A stretch of 64,000 nt of DNA from Tubulanus polymorphus (GCF_964204645.1 NC_134026.1:16774150-16838149), one strand, 5' to 3'; counted from the first letter of the stretch, positions 22,200-36,508 are shown. Program-made: numbers and translations. The notes: generated by a model not told the origin, from the sequence alone.

Positions 22200-23250
22200 C
22201 TTGTTTCTCAACCTTCTCTACGCACGCTCGAATTTATTTTCATTTTTCTACTCACTCGCCCTCTCAACCTTTGTCTTGAAACAAGATACATACAATTACT
22301 CTAATAATTTCATATTTTAAAAGAGTGAGTAAAGTGTTAGCATAATAATCTAGTTAAATAAGATATATTTCGAATAATGTAAAATCAATTTTTAAACATA
22401 AAAAGAGGGAGTGAAGTAATTCATATTTTAACATTGAATAATTGTATGAGTTAGATTTATTTCAATAAAAGTTTTTTTATTAAAATGAAGAAAGAAGAAG
22501 AAGAACCTAAATCAAAATCGACGAAATCAATGAAACCAATAAATTATTTTCACAGTTTAACATTAAGAATCTCAGCAACAAATTTAGTGTATGAGAGACA
22601 ATATAAAATTGATAATATTACTGTAATTAATCAAATATTATCAAATGAAACATATTTAATTACTGAACTAATTGATACCTTAGATAATGGCGCTAAAAAT
22701 CCTGAAATATTTAATACCGTCTTAAATTATAAAGGAACTTTAGATGAAAACATAATAAATATTCTTCGAACTCCTTTTAATGAAAGAGGTAGTGATTTTA
22801 TACCTTATACATACAGCTTAATCTTTTTTCAATATATATTTAATATTCTTTTCATATTCGATATGTTTAATTGTTTGATAATGTTTTGATTTATGTGATC
22901 TTAAATATTTACCTCCACAATAACAATACACTTTCTCATTAGGATTGAACTTTTTAAATTCATCATCTAAATTACATTGAATTGAATTCCAATATCTTTA
23001 TAAGAATTATTATTAACTGATTCACATTGAATTCCAATATTTGATGAATCTTCATTATAGATAATTTGTTTATTATCAAAATAGAAATAATATAATTGTC
23101 TTTTTTCAATTCATAAGTTATCAAATCATTGTAACTTTTAGAAAGTATTAAATCACTATCTCTTTCATTAAAAGGAGTTCGAAGAATATTTATTATGTTT
23201 TCATCTAAAGTTCCTTTATAATTTAAAGCTGTATTAAATATTTTAGGATT
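22200..23250. mobile_element. Rearranged terminal fragment of a related Polinton-like virus
   Basis: Loop plus inner arm of the terminal hairpin (22220-22302), AT-rich subterminal region, TTAAAATG-started ORF 22485-22889, and an inverted paralogous copy of part of that ORF. Confidence 0.75.
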
Positions 23251-23415
23251 ATTGCTGCCTGTGTCTTGCATAATGTTTGTATAAAAACCGCTGATCAACT
23301 TGAAGATTTCATCGAACGAGTAGAAGAGGAAGAAATTAACCCAAACCCACCTGCAGTCATGAATGATCCAAATGGCATTGCTCTTAGGGAGAGAATAGTG
23401 CAACTGTTTGCTTGA
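23250..23415 (+). pseudogene. PIF/Harbinger transposase C-terminal remnant
   Basis: IAACVLHNVCIK...acidic tract...GIALRERIVQLFA*. Convergent with a Myb/SANT gene. Confidence 0.8.
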
Positions 23416-24315
23416 ACTCTATTTTGTTTTTTAAACACATTAAGTGGTGAATGAAATTAATTAAGAAATTTTAATTTCAAGAATTAATAAATCCTTATGT
23501 TGGATACTGTTTAGGCTAAAAAAATTATAACTTGTTTCTCCGCAGCGGTCGGGTCACTTTTGTGAACTCTAATAAAATTTGTTCATTTCTACAACTGCCG
23601 GGTCTGTGATTGTTAGCCTAATCATAATTCTAAAAAAGTAATGTACAGGGTAGAAAGACGGCTAGCTGGGTCAACTTTTAAGCTCAGCAGACGGAGAAAC
23701 AAGGTATCATTTTTAGCCTTAGTGTGAAATGGTTGATTAAGGTAACTTTAGAACTTTCATGCAAAGTGAGGCTTGAGATATTTCAACATTGAATCGACGA
23801 AGCAGGCTCTTATTAAAATACATCACCTATGATATTTCACATTATTGTAATGTATTTATTACAAAACTTATAAACTGACCTATAAATTTTAAAAAACCCT
23901 CAGGCAGAGGTACTTAACATTTGAATAAAAAGAAAAACTTAAATTTTCAGCATTGAAGGTGCTTCTTCATTTCAACTAAACTTAAATAAAACTAAAAAAA
24001 GCCCGTCCACTGAACAAAGTAGAAACCACTGCACACGTACCCCTTAATACACTAGGAGCTGAAATGTATGTATTACATATCTTACTAAATTACAAATTTA
24101 AGAATATATGGCTTAGAGGTACAGTCGACTTCAAAACTTTAAAGACTATAATACGAAAAACATTAAACATTGATGCTTTCTTTAACCTGAAACTTGAAAT
24201 TAAACTAAACGATGAAACATAACTGAAATCCAGATAAACATGTATTTAACTTTTTTGTAACTTTTTAAGCAATTACAGTGTCATCAGAACATTTTAAATC
24301 GTTTAATATCAAAAA

Positions 24316-25717
24316 CTATTTTTCAAGTGACTTTTCGAACAAGTCCAGGAAACGATCCATGCGTGCCATTTTGCTGTCATGCATCTCCTTATTATTCTGA
24401 AGCATTTTAGCGCTGAGATCTTTGAATTCATCCAACGTTTTTAGCTGGGAATCCTTTATAAATAATTTCTGTTTTTTGGCTTCGATCCCTCTGCCTCACT
24501 CAATACACTTGTCTCGCATTCTTCAGGTTCGTCTACCTCTGTTAATTCAGAAGTATCCATGGAATAAATTACCAACTCGGGCTTCGTCGCTGCTCTTAAG
24601 TTTTATATCTACATCGAAATGATCCATGTATTTGATATCTGCACGCTCACTACCAGTTTTGTTGTTTTGATCCACAGTTTTTTTGGTACTTTTTCTTCAA
24701 GTTTGTCCACTTATTTATTATTTGTATAATAGTGACACTTATATTTTGTTCCGCAAGTGACTGCTGCACCTCCTTCCATAATGTACTGTGGCTCTTTTTG
24801 CCACAGGTAAAACGCTTTTCCATTGGAAGTCGAATTGCCAAAAGGCACTTTGTTTCATTGTCACTCGAGAAATGAAGGCCTCCTTGCGATCCTGATGGCC
24901 CTGGGATATCCTGATCTTGTTTTTCAGCTGGTTGACTAACGGTATTTGTTCTTTGACTAACAGTAACATCGGTTGACACCTTACGTTCTGTTTCACATTG
25001 ATGGGCTTTGGATGATGGTACAAGATATCTTAACATTTTGGTTTGTTTTTTCTGGATCTGAAATCGAAAAAAAATGTTTATTGATAGTGGAATGCTTTTA
25101 TATTTATATTAATGATTCGTTCGAGAATTGAATTAAATAATTAATAGTCGGTTTCACAGCTTTTATTACACTACAGTATGTAATCACCTATGTAACAACA
25201 GCTGTAAGACAAACCTTATTCATGGCAAAACATACATTCAAAGCTCATCATGGATCAGGCGTGTATGTAGATTTTAAGGGTCCTCGATCATTATGGACAT
25301 GAAAGATTTGAGGAAACTTACCAGTTAACGATGTCACATATTTTTGCACTGTTTCTGTCACTTCAAGTTGGTGAGTCTGACCATCCAGATCAAATCGAAT
25401 CGTAACTCTACAAAAAATGCAGTAAAATTAATAAAATGTCACCATGCCATAGACCTATAGTCAGATTATGCAGATAGTCTAATGCGTGCTTCTCTCCAAC
25501 AGTCGATTGCGAAGTCCTCTTGTGATAGCCCTTTAGCTTTTCATTTAATAAAATATCAGAAGTTGCGCATGTTTTATGTACCCTGCAATACTTGCAAGAG
25601 GTTTTAGGAGTAGTTTCATTGAGCTTAAGCTGAGATTACCAGCGAAAAGGAATACAATTCAGGTAGTTTTCGGCAATTTTTCAGCTAAAAATTCATAACT
25701 TACTTTTCTGCCGCCAT
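24316..25717 (-). pseudogene. Harbinger-associated Myb/SANT (trihelix) DNA-binding protein, three exons
   Basis: Exons 25717-25704, 25407-25322 and 25057-24316 with GTAAGT donors and YAG acceptors. ETKCLLAIR...LWKEV...IINKWTNLKKKY plus a C-terminal coiled coil. Frameshifted. Confidence 0.8.
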
Positions 25718-26455
25718 CTTGGCTGCACACTTAACCAACTCTACCCACCGAGACGAGTAAGGTTTGTTCCGGTTAACCATCTTACAAACCGGAAGCACAT
25801 TCGATTGTTAAATTTCTAACCGGGTTTAACTCGGTCGATGAAACGAAGGTGACCCTGGGTGACAGAAATCGCCTTTCATAAATCACGTGAATCATTGAAG
25901 AGCCGTGATTGGTCGGTTGAATACGGCGCTCGAGGCGAACGATTAGCGTAGCCTGACACACTATAGCCTTAATCGCCGGCTACGAAATCCAACATGTAGG
26001 ATTCGGGCGATTCCGTCAGCCGATTCAATCGCCGACCCCTGACACACAGGCAATTTTACCGGCGATTGCGTCGCCCGATTAAATCGGCAGACGAAATCGC
26101 CCACTGTGCCCCCCGCTTTAGGTCTTCCTTACCGAGCTACCATTCTGTGGATTGGTGCGCGTGTCGCTCCGATGAATTTCTCCCAATTCATGTACAATTA
26201 TTAAAGATTATCAGCTCAAACTAAGTTTTATAATTTAGTTTCAAATCAAATTCACTCCTGCTTTTTGAAGGGACCCGGCCAACAGGGTTTTATTTTTACA
26301 AATTCTCAGCATGTTTTTTTTACGACCCGGCCGCTGCGGAGAAATAAGGTAACATTTTTAGCATTGGTTGACGTCTATAACGTCATGCCAATGCTAGTAA
26401 GATTGATCGGAAGTCGTAGTAAAAAAAACCGCCGACTCTTGTCTTTTTCATAGTA

Positions 26456-27692
26456 CAGTGGAACTTCGTTCTTACGACCTCAGAACTAACGAACCATCGC
26501 TTGTTACGTACGAAAAAAAAAATCCCCGGCCAAATCCTTCTCGTTTACAGTTAAATTTCATCGGAAACAACGACCCCTTTTCTTACGAACTTTCGGTTAT
26601 AACGACCTTAGTTTTGGAGTCCTATTACATATTTTCATCGATTCTAACGATCGCTAAGCCACGATCAATCACACTTGTTAATGTATATTCAGTTTCAAAC
26701 CGAGAGACAGCGCTGCTTAATTTATCTTAGATTAGTGATGGCAGATTAACGATGTGTTGATGGCTTCTACAATTTGTAGTACGGTAGTCGGTCATTGTTT
26801 CAGCCTGTTTACAGTGATATGCACACTCGCTTAATGAAAACGTACTTCGCAAAACGATTAGATTGAGACCATCTGAGAAATCGAAAAAGGGAATAAACGC
26901 TCCGAAGTTTTAAAATTGTTTTGACGTTTTAACCGGCATAGCGTTGTTACATTCATTTCCTTGATCTCGTTCCATCGCATCCCCTGGGAGGGACTCATGT
27001 GTCCAACACATGTATTTGCCTCCCAAAGTTAACAGAGAGCATATCTGAATTTGGTTTGAATAAATATCTTATTTCATAGTTCACAGTTGTCAATAAGTGA
27101 TTTATTAGCTGTCAGTATCTATATATTCATACGAAACTATGTACCAAATAGCGTCGCCGTGGAGAAGAATTGGGCCTTGAAATTGTGTGTGGTAGTCAAT
27201 CATTGTATAAATAATGCAACGTGTATAAACGGATGTGAAAATATTTATAGGGGGGCCAAACGGAGGCAGACAAAATTTCAGCCAATCAGTGTGCAGGAAT
27301 TCTAATTAGACTCTTACTGCACCAAAACAATTCTACAGTACTGTACTAATATGCTGATTCAATGGCCTAGTTAGTAGAGTATCCGCCTGGCATCTGATGG
27401 GTCAGAAGTCCCGTACAACACCGTACAATTGCCCTACTTAATTCCATTGCGAATAAATTGAACAGCTTGAAGTTCTAGGCCGAAGGAAATCACCCGTGGT
27501 TTCCACGGGTATTACTATAGTTTATACTAAATAGTAGGCCTACTCCAATGAATCCAGTTGGTTTGTGTTTCATCACACCAGGGGATGTTCTCTTTTCATA
27601 CATAAATGATGTGAAACGGATCTAACGAACTATCGGATATCACGAACTTTTTATTTTTCCCTCAGCGGTTCGTTAGAACGAGGATCCTCATT
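26456..27692. mobile_element. Tc1/mariner-pogo-type MITE, diverged
   Basis: Left end TA|CAGTGGAACTTCGTTCTTACGA; right end TCGTTAGAACGAGGATCCTCA; subterminal AACGAAC repeats. Confidence 0.55.
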
Positions 27693-28510
27693 TGTCTCGT
27701 TAGGTCTGTGGTAGATGAGAGGGGGTTAAGCAATCGCGTAATGATATCTCCGCATTGACATTGACAGTAAAGAATGGGAATGGCCTCCTTTGAATAGAAA
27801 TACATACATTTATATAACCCCGGTATATAAATATCATAGTCTTTAAATGTCACTCTCATTCCTTCTATCAGAAGCAATGCGATTAATTGGGATGAATTCT
27901 CAGCGGTAGAATACATATTTCTAGAGCAGTGGAACGGTTGGCCTACTCATGACTGAAACACGTACCGGGTTTTAGGTCAGTTATGTGATCGCGCTGGAAC
28001 GCCTTTACTAAAGTTGAAACTATTTCATGATGACACGAAACATCAAACGGTAAACAATAACACCCAACCATCATACGATATCTCCAATAAAGATAGATTA
28101 TTTTATTCAATTTTACCAGAGTTGTTAATTGGATGAAATACCATTGTTATGTACGCCGAGAATAACCACGTTGCATCATCAATCAGTTGACTGGCAGATT
28201 AATAATAATAGTAATAATATAAGTTTATTTCTTTACTAAAGAGATACAATACAGAAATACAGTCATCACTATTACATAAAAGAAAAGTTACAGAAAGTAC
28301 TTCTACACTGTAAAGCGTAGTACAGAAAAAGGACAAAAAGGGGACCCCAAAGGGGATATACTTTTAATGAAAAAAGCCTAATGCCCTGGCGGAAATGTAA
28401 AATTCCATCGGTTTCACAAGTTTTTACATTAAGATGCCCTGTCCGCCTCCTGCCCACTCACGAGGCGGTAGCAGCCCCTACACTAAAAAATATCCGCCGT
28501 TATATAACTG

Positions 28511-28880
28511 AACTGGAATGTCGCTGAAGACGACTGATGCCCTCCACATCAGGTGAAACGCCGTGTGTAAAATACCCTTGAGTGTATGTCGAACTATTTC
28601 TGAAGGCAGGATATGTAAACAAAACAAACTGTTTCCGGTGACCTTGACCTTTGACCTACAGGACTCGAAATGTAATCAGTTACTCACGGTCTCTAGGGTA
28701 ACCCATCCATCAAATTTCACTAAGTTATCTAATACCGTTTATGAAAAAAGGTCCCGGAAATGAAAAATACAAAACAGCTCCTGGTGACCTTGACCTTTGA
28801 CATACAGGACCCGAAATGTAATCAGTTACTTACGGTCTTTAGGATAACCCATCCAAAAATTGTCACCAAATTGTCTCTAT
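28511..28880 (-). mobile_element. HINE-like fragment with two ~145-bp repeats
   Basis: GGTGACCTTGACCTTTGAC...GAAATGTAATCAGTTACT unit at 28637 and 28783. AACT plus a short hairpin at the left end. Confidence 0.55.
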
Positions 28881-29243
28881 TATCCAGTCATAAAGCATCA
28901 AGATATCCTTTGAATAACTATCGTTATTGAAAGGATATCTATATATATGTATATATATGTATATAATTATTATCAAATCATACTACATATAGTGACACCA
29001 GTTTTTGTGTTATGATTTTATCGAACATGTCATTCAATAATAAACCCAAATAATGCTTTTTCAGTGTCTAGTTAGATGGTTTCGCAGAAACCCTCTTGTA
29101 ATTCTGTTGATCACTATTATTATTAATATACATTAAAGATGGCGGACAGCAGACACAGATTGTAACGGGGCTCCGCAAATAATCTTGCTGTAATATTTAG
29201 GTGAAACACGCCATAATAGCATATATCACCAAGATCCAAGAGG

Positions 29244-30317
29244 ATGGGGAAGAATGACAAGAAGGTAAAACGCACTGCTTCAGAGAGAAGTGATGATGGT
29301 TCTTCTACGCTAGATATCGGGGTATAACGCTCGGATCGAAAAACCACACCGCAGAAAAGCCCAGGTACAAACACAGAAGACATAGGTGGTCACCAAAGCG
29401 TACCAAGCGAACTGAGATCTGATATTCCAGCTGACGGAACTCGACAAACTGAACAAATACAATTGACACACATAATGGAAGTACTGAGTGATATGTCAAA
29501 GAAGCTCAATAAACTGGAAACCATTGACGCATCGATCAGATCACTCAAAATAAACTACGAAAAATTGATGGAATCCAACGCCGAAATGAATACGAAAATG
29601 GAAGGATTAACGAGTGAAACTGGTAATCTCCGCGAGGAGAATATGCGACTTAGATCTGCTGTTCTTAATCTGCAGATGCCTTCGATGCGCGATAATCTCC
29701 TTTTCTTTGGAGTACCTGAAAGCGATAAGGAAGATATCGTGGATGTTGTGCATAATATACTACAGAATAAAGCGAACATAGCAGATGCCCGGGAAAGAAT
29801 AAAGTTTGCGCGCGTCCACAGAATCGGCCAGCGTAAGCCAGAAAGCGTGAGACCTATTATTGTTAAATTTCAGTATTTTCCGGATAGAGAAGAGGTGCGC
29901 AATAAATCCGATAACCTCTTGATACACGGAATTAGAGTGTCGCAGCAAGTACCTAGGGAAATTAGAGAAAAGAGGAAAGCATATAATCATGGCATTGAGA
30001 AGGTTAAGGAAGATGGTGGAAAGTTTCACTTTGTGCAGGATAAATTATATGTTAACAACGAATTGTATACAGCTTCTCGTGACAAGGATCAAGACACGCG
30101 TAAAAATAGAAATCACCGTCCAGATCGCCGGGATGGGTTAGCCACTAGGCCGCGTAGGTCGATGGTAGCCGCCTCGCTGACGGAACCTGTTGGTTTGTTC
30201 GATACTCGCGATAATACAAATGACCGAATCCAGGATAGCGCTGGTAGAGATGATATTAGCGACATGCTACGTGAAGTCCGTGTCACACTGAATCAAGCAG
30301 ATGGAAACAGCGAATAG
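29244..30317 (+). pseudogene. LINE ORF1 (coiled coil, RRM, CTD)
   Basis: MRDNLLFFGVPE...RVHRIG...RPIIVKF...DKLYVN. In-frame ATG at 29244, with one intervening stop. Confidence 0.85.
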
Positions 30318-30344
30318 GAGATCGCCGGAAATGGTTGTAATCAG

Positions 30345-33300
30345 CCTAATCTCGAGTTGTGTTATTTGAATATTCAAGGTTTATTTAGTAGTAAAAATGG
30401 CACTCGAATCTGCAAACTAGACATGCCAGATTTTCACCCAAAAATAGTTGAAAATGACAATGATGTTCGTAGAAACGTGGAATTCGAAAGACACTATTTG
30501 GCCGACGCCAAGCGGCTACTCATATTACCAAAGTGTAAGAAAGAAATCACCGCGTGCACGCCGTAACTCAGGTGGCCTACTGTTTCTGTTTAAGACTGAT
30601 CTGCAAGAAGGCATTCAACTTCTGCAAAGTGTACATCCTGATATTTTCTGGGTAAAACTTGATAAAACATTTTTCAATACTGATAAACATATTTTCATTT
30701 GTTTGGTTTATATAACATGTGATAACTCTAACTGTGCTGATTTCTATGATAATTTGATTTGTGATGTTATCTCCTACCAGCTAGATGGCCATGTATTGGT
30801 TATCGGTGATATGAATTCTCGTACCAGCACCCGATCTGGCTTACCCGAAGAGCCGGATCAGTATACGCCCTTCATGGATTCGAACCAGAGCATATATATT
30901 ATCTTGATATCGCATGGTATAGATATCAACAGAAAATCACAAGATTCAGTAGCTAGACCTGATATAAGAGGTAATAATCTCTTAAAGATGTGCATAGGAT
31001 CTAATCTAATTATGCTGAATGGAAGGGCATATAACGACAAATCTGTGGGTAAATTAACATGTCACCAACCCGGTGGGCGTCGCGTCGTTGATTATGCTCT
31101 TTTAGACATGAACATGATTAAATTGTTAAAAGGCTTCAATGTATCGGATGAATTACCTTTTTGTGACCATTCCATGTTAGAATTAACTTTCGATATGAGA
31201 GCGAATCGCACCCCTCGTAGTAAAGAAAATGTGCAAACAGGTAGCGTGACCACATGCCATAAGTTTAGATGGTACAAAGATAATCTATTTTCAAGCGTTA
31301 TGTGGAATCTGATGAGGTTCAATATCAACTATATGATATTCTTAACAGCGCTATTAGTATAAACCACAACCAAGGGTCGATAAACGTATTAGTCAGCGGT
31401 TTTTCATCATGTTTACAAACAGCCGTTGCTCAAGTGCATGGTATAGCAAAGCCAGTAGATACTCATAATACAAAACAAAGAACATGGTATGATAAATCTT
31501 GTAGAAAGGCGAGAAATACTTTCAGTCGTCCGGTACGCCGATTAAGATCTTTCCCAAACGATCTCAACTATTTTCTGTTGAAGGAAGCAAGACATGATTA
31601 TAAACATACTATACACAAAGCTAAATCAGCATTTAATGACCGGATTCTAGATGACCTTTTTAATGATTTAAGATCAAACAATTTCAGGAATATGTGGGCA
31701 AAATTCAAAGGTACGAATCAGCCTACTGATGACGTCATACCTAATATGGACGAACTATATGAACATTTTAAGGAGCTGTCATATCAGCAGCTGCCTGAAC
31801 CTGATTTAAATATAGATGGCGTAGAACATGAACACGTTCTTGATCAACCTATCACACAGGCCGAAGTTTCGAAAGCGATTAATTCGCTGAAGCGTAACAA
31901 TGCCGCTGGAATAGACGGTCTGAAAAGCGAGGTTTTCCTAACAGGAGGTGACCCTATCATACAACAGTTAACAATTCTATTTAATATAGTCCTTGATACT
32001 GGGATCTATCCAGATATATGGAGTGTAGATTACATAGTCCCTATACATAAGAACGGGCCTAGAACTGTAGCAAATAACTATAGAGGCATAACAATTCTAT
32101 CAGCTTTCGGGAAAATATTTTCTATAATCCTGAACTCTAGGCTGTCATGTGGTGTGAAGCGTATTCTGAAATCACTGAAGCACAAGCTGGCTTTAGGCCT
32201 TCGTACAGTACAATTGACCAAATGTTTGTCTTGAATTCGATTATTGGACATATTGTGAGAACCAAACGGTGTAAATTATACATTGCAAATTTAGATTTCT
32301 CGAAAGCGTTCGATTTGATTGATCGTACAAAACTCATGCAAAGATTATCCATTAGTGGTCTAAGTGGCAAAGTATTTAAGTTAATCAAATCGATGTATTC
32401 CTCTACAAAATAATGCGTTAAATACCAAAATGTCTTCACTGAGTATTTCTCAAGTAATATTGGTGTCAGACAGGGCGAATGCCTCTCGCCAATACTTTTT
32501 TCTCTTTTCATAGATGACATGGAAGGGTGCGTCAAATCAGGTAATTACGAGGGAATTGATTTGGGCACCTTTAAACTGATACTACTTTTATACGCAGACG
32601 ATACTGTGATTTTGGCTGAATCCGCAGAGGAGCTGCAAACCGCATTAGATAATACGTTCCACTATAGTGAAATAAAGGGGATCAAAATTAATTACGAAAA
32701 AAGCAAAATTGTGATTTTTAGAAACTCGATTAACGTGCGCGCTTCAGTTTTTACTATGAATGGACGTATTATTGAATGTGTTTATGAATTCAAATATTTG
32801 GGAGTCTGGTTCAATTTCAATGGAAAATCTCGCGTGGCTGTCGATGAAATTGCTAATAAAGGAACTGCAGCCTACTATACGTTTCAGAAACATTTGTTGA
32901 AATTCCCCGAGATGACACCTGCAATGGCATTAAAATTTTTTAGCAGCTTGGTAGTACCAGTATTGAATTATGGTTGCGAAATTTGGGGCTTTCGGGAGGA
33001 GAAAAAATAAGAAAGTATAGTAACCAAGTTCTATAAATCTCTAATGGGCGTAAAGCAGTCGACACCAGATTATTTTCTATGGAGAAATGGGACAATACCC
33101 ATTATACATCGACCATAGGATTAGAATACTCAAGTATTGGTCCAAAGTCATAAAGAGTAATAATAATAGGTTTACACGCAAAATGTATGACATCATGCTG
33201 AATGATATTGCACGGTCCCGCAACACGGTCAACTGGGCATCCAATGTACGCGATTTACTTAATCGACTTGGTTACGGTAATGTGTGGATAAACCAAGAGA

Positions 33301-33390
33301 TTTCAAACGAGCCATGGTTTTTCCGTTCTATCGAACAACGCTCTTGGTTAGCCAGAAGTTTCACTATACAGACTGAGACTAGATGATTGA
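30345..33390 (+). pseudogene. LINE ORF2 (AP endonuclease plus reverse transcriptase)
   Basis: NIQGL, VETW, SGG, IGDMNSR, VDY, DH; NYRGIT, QAGFR, DFSKAFD, GVRQGECLSP, YADD, KYLG. Confidence 0.95.
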
Positions 33391-33666
33391 ATTAAATCTT
33401 TGAATCAAAATATTGTCACTGGAGTAAATATATATTTCTTATTTTACACTTTCAGCAATGATCATATTTTACATGTAATTGAAGGTATTACCGTCATCTA
33501 ATGTTAATAAGGTATTAGAATCGCGAAATCTAAGATGTTCAAAACCAACATGAAAATGAGACGAGAAAATACACAATATCCGTATAATTATGATGAATAA
33601 CCAGAGAAATCCCGCGATGAATTCAGCTAAAAATCAAAAGTTCTATATTCATATGATTACGTTTAT

Positions 33667-33714
33667 TACGAGCAACGTTTCGGCTGATGCTATTAGCCAT
33701 CATCAGGCCCCCGT
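33667..33714 (-). ncRNA. Minimal type I hammerhead ribozyme motif (Penelope-like element remnant)
   Basis: Minus strand GGGC-CTGATGA-T-GGCT..AGCC-GAAACGTT-GCTC, followed by AATAAA. Confidence 0.65.
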
Positions 33715-34268
33715 CAACATGAAAATATAGATAGGTAAATCGAATCCATATCATGAGCATACTAATTGTTGTACAAATGAAATTAGAAAATATGACAAAT
33801 TAATAGTTCATTGAAACTAAAATAACGCTTAAAGTTATCGCACAGTTCATATCGCTCGCAAGCAGCTCGCAAGTTAAAAAGAGTTCATCGCACAATTAAA
33901 ATGTATTACAAGCTCGAGTTTAAGATTTTCCAAATTAAAAGTCATTATTTCTAATATTTTATCGCATAGCACATTAAAATATACCACAAACCACAAGTTA
34001 AGAAGAGTTATTTAGCTCGAATTAAAAGATGAATAAAAAGGTTCATTAATTTCATTTATTATATGAATTTATCTAAAGAGTTATTTCAACAAAAGAGGTC
34101 AATGCACAGTCAAATATATTGCGGATGAATATATTTGGATAAATATCTTGATAAAATGCCCACAGGGTCTAAATCCAGTAGGTTTATGACGAAAGGATAA
34201 AATTAGGAATGTAGTAGCAATATAATTTTTGGAAAGAGTATTTTGTCTCCCGATGATTAGATTTGCAG

Positions 34269-35401
34269 CGGTGATGTCATATCGCGGAAAGACGGAATCG
34301 CGGAATTTTCCAAAAACGCGGAATTTCTTCATTTTTACTATAAATAGTAAACGGGTTTTCCCACGGGGATACCCACTGTCGGACAGGGCATCGGACCCAG
34401 GTTTTCAACACCGGGAATTAGTATTTGATAATTTATTATATCGCCAGTCAACAACTTAACGATCCTGTTCCAAATAATGTAGAACCTAGGCAATACGTGC
34501 TTTGCGAATTCAGTGATACAGAGTATCGCTGCATTAACTGAAGGAATACAAATCGATGGTACGTAAACGTAGGATTTGTGATGACACCATGGGTCATTCT
34601 CCAGGACTCAGTTCCGAGTTAAGATTTGACTCTGGTCTCTGGATTTAAAACATTGGAAATGAATTGATTCTAAGTAACTCCGAGAGTTAAATCACAACTG
34701 TGGAACTGGATCGATATCAGACGAAAATAAATAGACATTATGTATATTTCATTCTGGCTTAGGATTGTTCATGCGTGTTGTGTGTCTACATTGTTGTTAT
34801 AAGCGAATGTGGTTTATCTTTTAGAATTAAATGATATGAAAGATTATAAAATGGTTTCGTTTTTTTTAATGTTTACTTTGTGACTGCTATAACATATGTT
34901 CCTATGCTGATTATTTGGATCAAAAGAATCTTATTGGTACCGGTACTGGAAGAATTTGACGAAGGAATTTGAACCGGTACTTGTTTGGTCGTAGGATTTC
35001 ATGTTTGCAACCATCTACAACTTCGGTCCGACACTGCGAACGTGCTCAATATTTATCTGATAATATTCGTTTCTGAAGTTCTCAAAAAGTCAATGAACTT
35101 CGATAACCGAAGTTTGCCTAGTAGAAATAGATATTAGGTGCCTGGTCTCTTTCACCCCACTTGATTCTGACTTCTTCTACAGGTGGCAGCCAGTCAACGG
35201 TATCGTGATATAATAATTCCATATAAAATTGCCTGCAAATAATGGGACTCGAACCTAACTCGTTGCATCGATCGGTCCGGTGCCCTGTCCGACAGTGGGT
35301 ATCCCCGTGGGAAAACCCGTTTTCTATTCAAAGTAAAAATGAAGAAATTCCGCTTTTTGGAAAATTCCGCGATTCCGTCTTTCCGCGATATGACAACACC
35401 G
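34269..35401. mobile_element. Non-autonomous Mutator-like element (MULE)
   Basis: ~130-bp near-identical TIRs (CGGTG.TGTCATATCGCGGAAAGACGG...) and a perfect 9-bp TSD GATTTGCAG (34260-34268, 35402-35410). Confidence 0.9.
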
Positions 35402-36279
35402 GATTTGCAGGCCAGACTCGTTGTTGACCAAAGTTCTTAAATTGAATCGCTTTAAGGTAATAAATATTGATGAAGCAATATCATAAGTCAGTTATTTCGT
35501 AATAATCAAATTTAAGTGCACACCGATGCATGCTAAATCCTTATAAATTCAATTTATACATTTTTTCCCTCCTCGCTTATTCATTCTCTATTAGTTTTAC
35601 TAATGAATATCATAGTAACTTGTGCCTAATGTCAATAAGCAGCGATTGGGCGCCGCCTCTCTGTGTTAATCTCGCACGAAAGATTTATCTCGATTAAAGC
35701 CACTGAAAACGTATTTCTTTGCAGCCTAGAGTTTATGCATAAGTTCTAAATCAAGACTATATGCTCTATATCAGAGCCTATACAATTCAGATTCGTTCAA
35801 GACTCCGAGGCTCAATTATGAGAGTTGTTTATACAATGAGTAATTAAATGGTGGGATTACAATGGAAGAGATCATTTCAGCAGCCACATCGTTGCCCCAG
35901 GGGGTTAGTTATATTCGTTATAGCCAAAATACCTTGACCATGAACTCTAAAACGTTTTAATGTCTAAATCGACCATTGCTTGACAGAATAAAAAAGTTTG
36001 CCCAGAAAAAGTTATGCATGCTCCAAAAAAAAAGAATCAATAAAGACTTACAATATCAGAATTTAAATGAATAGACAAGTAGTACTTTAAAGGTTAACTA
36101 TTTATTTCGACGCACGACCTTTCGCTACTTATGTATAGAAGTAAATTTTTTCCTAATAGGCTAACTTTTTGAAGAGCATGCATCCTGAGATATAATGTAA
36201 AAGCATTTAAAACTTAATAAACTGGACTCACACTCTACCGTAGAGGTTGCGACATCTACCGCAGAGATTCAGAATTACG

Positions 36280-36508
36280 ATCTAGACCGGAGCCGGGTCC
36301 AGTTTCTGTCCACACACGCATATTTAGACCGGTCCATAATTCGGTGCAGACCTGGTTCGCTCTTTTGGACCGTGCCAAATTAAACCGGTCTAAACTAGAC
36401 CGGTCTAATTTGGAACGGTATTTTTGCCCGTGTGAACGCTTGGTCTGGTCTAAATTGGACCGGACCAAATTCAGACCGGTCTAAATTTCGTTGTGTGAAC
36501 GCGCCTTA
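36280..36508. mobile_element. MITE end with AGACCGGTC subrepeats (Harbinger-like)
   Basis: Repeated (A)GACCGGTC(T) motifs ending in GTGTGAACGCGCC|TTA. Confidence 0.45.

Larger units (their letters stand above)
29133..33390 (+). mobile_element. Near full-length non-LTR retrotransposon (two ORFs; RTE-X-like), 3' truncated
   Basis: 5' AAGATGGCGG, then ORF1, then APE-RT ORF2 with frameshifts and stops. Confidence 0.9.

Noticed and set aside
28524-28562. Hammerhead-like CTGAAGA...GAAACGCC
   Set aside because: No NUH cleavage triplet and poor stem I. It overlaps a HINE end.
36105-36142. Penelope-like GAAAGGTC remnant on the minus strand
   Set aside because: The CTGANGA half of the core is absent.
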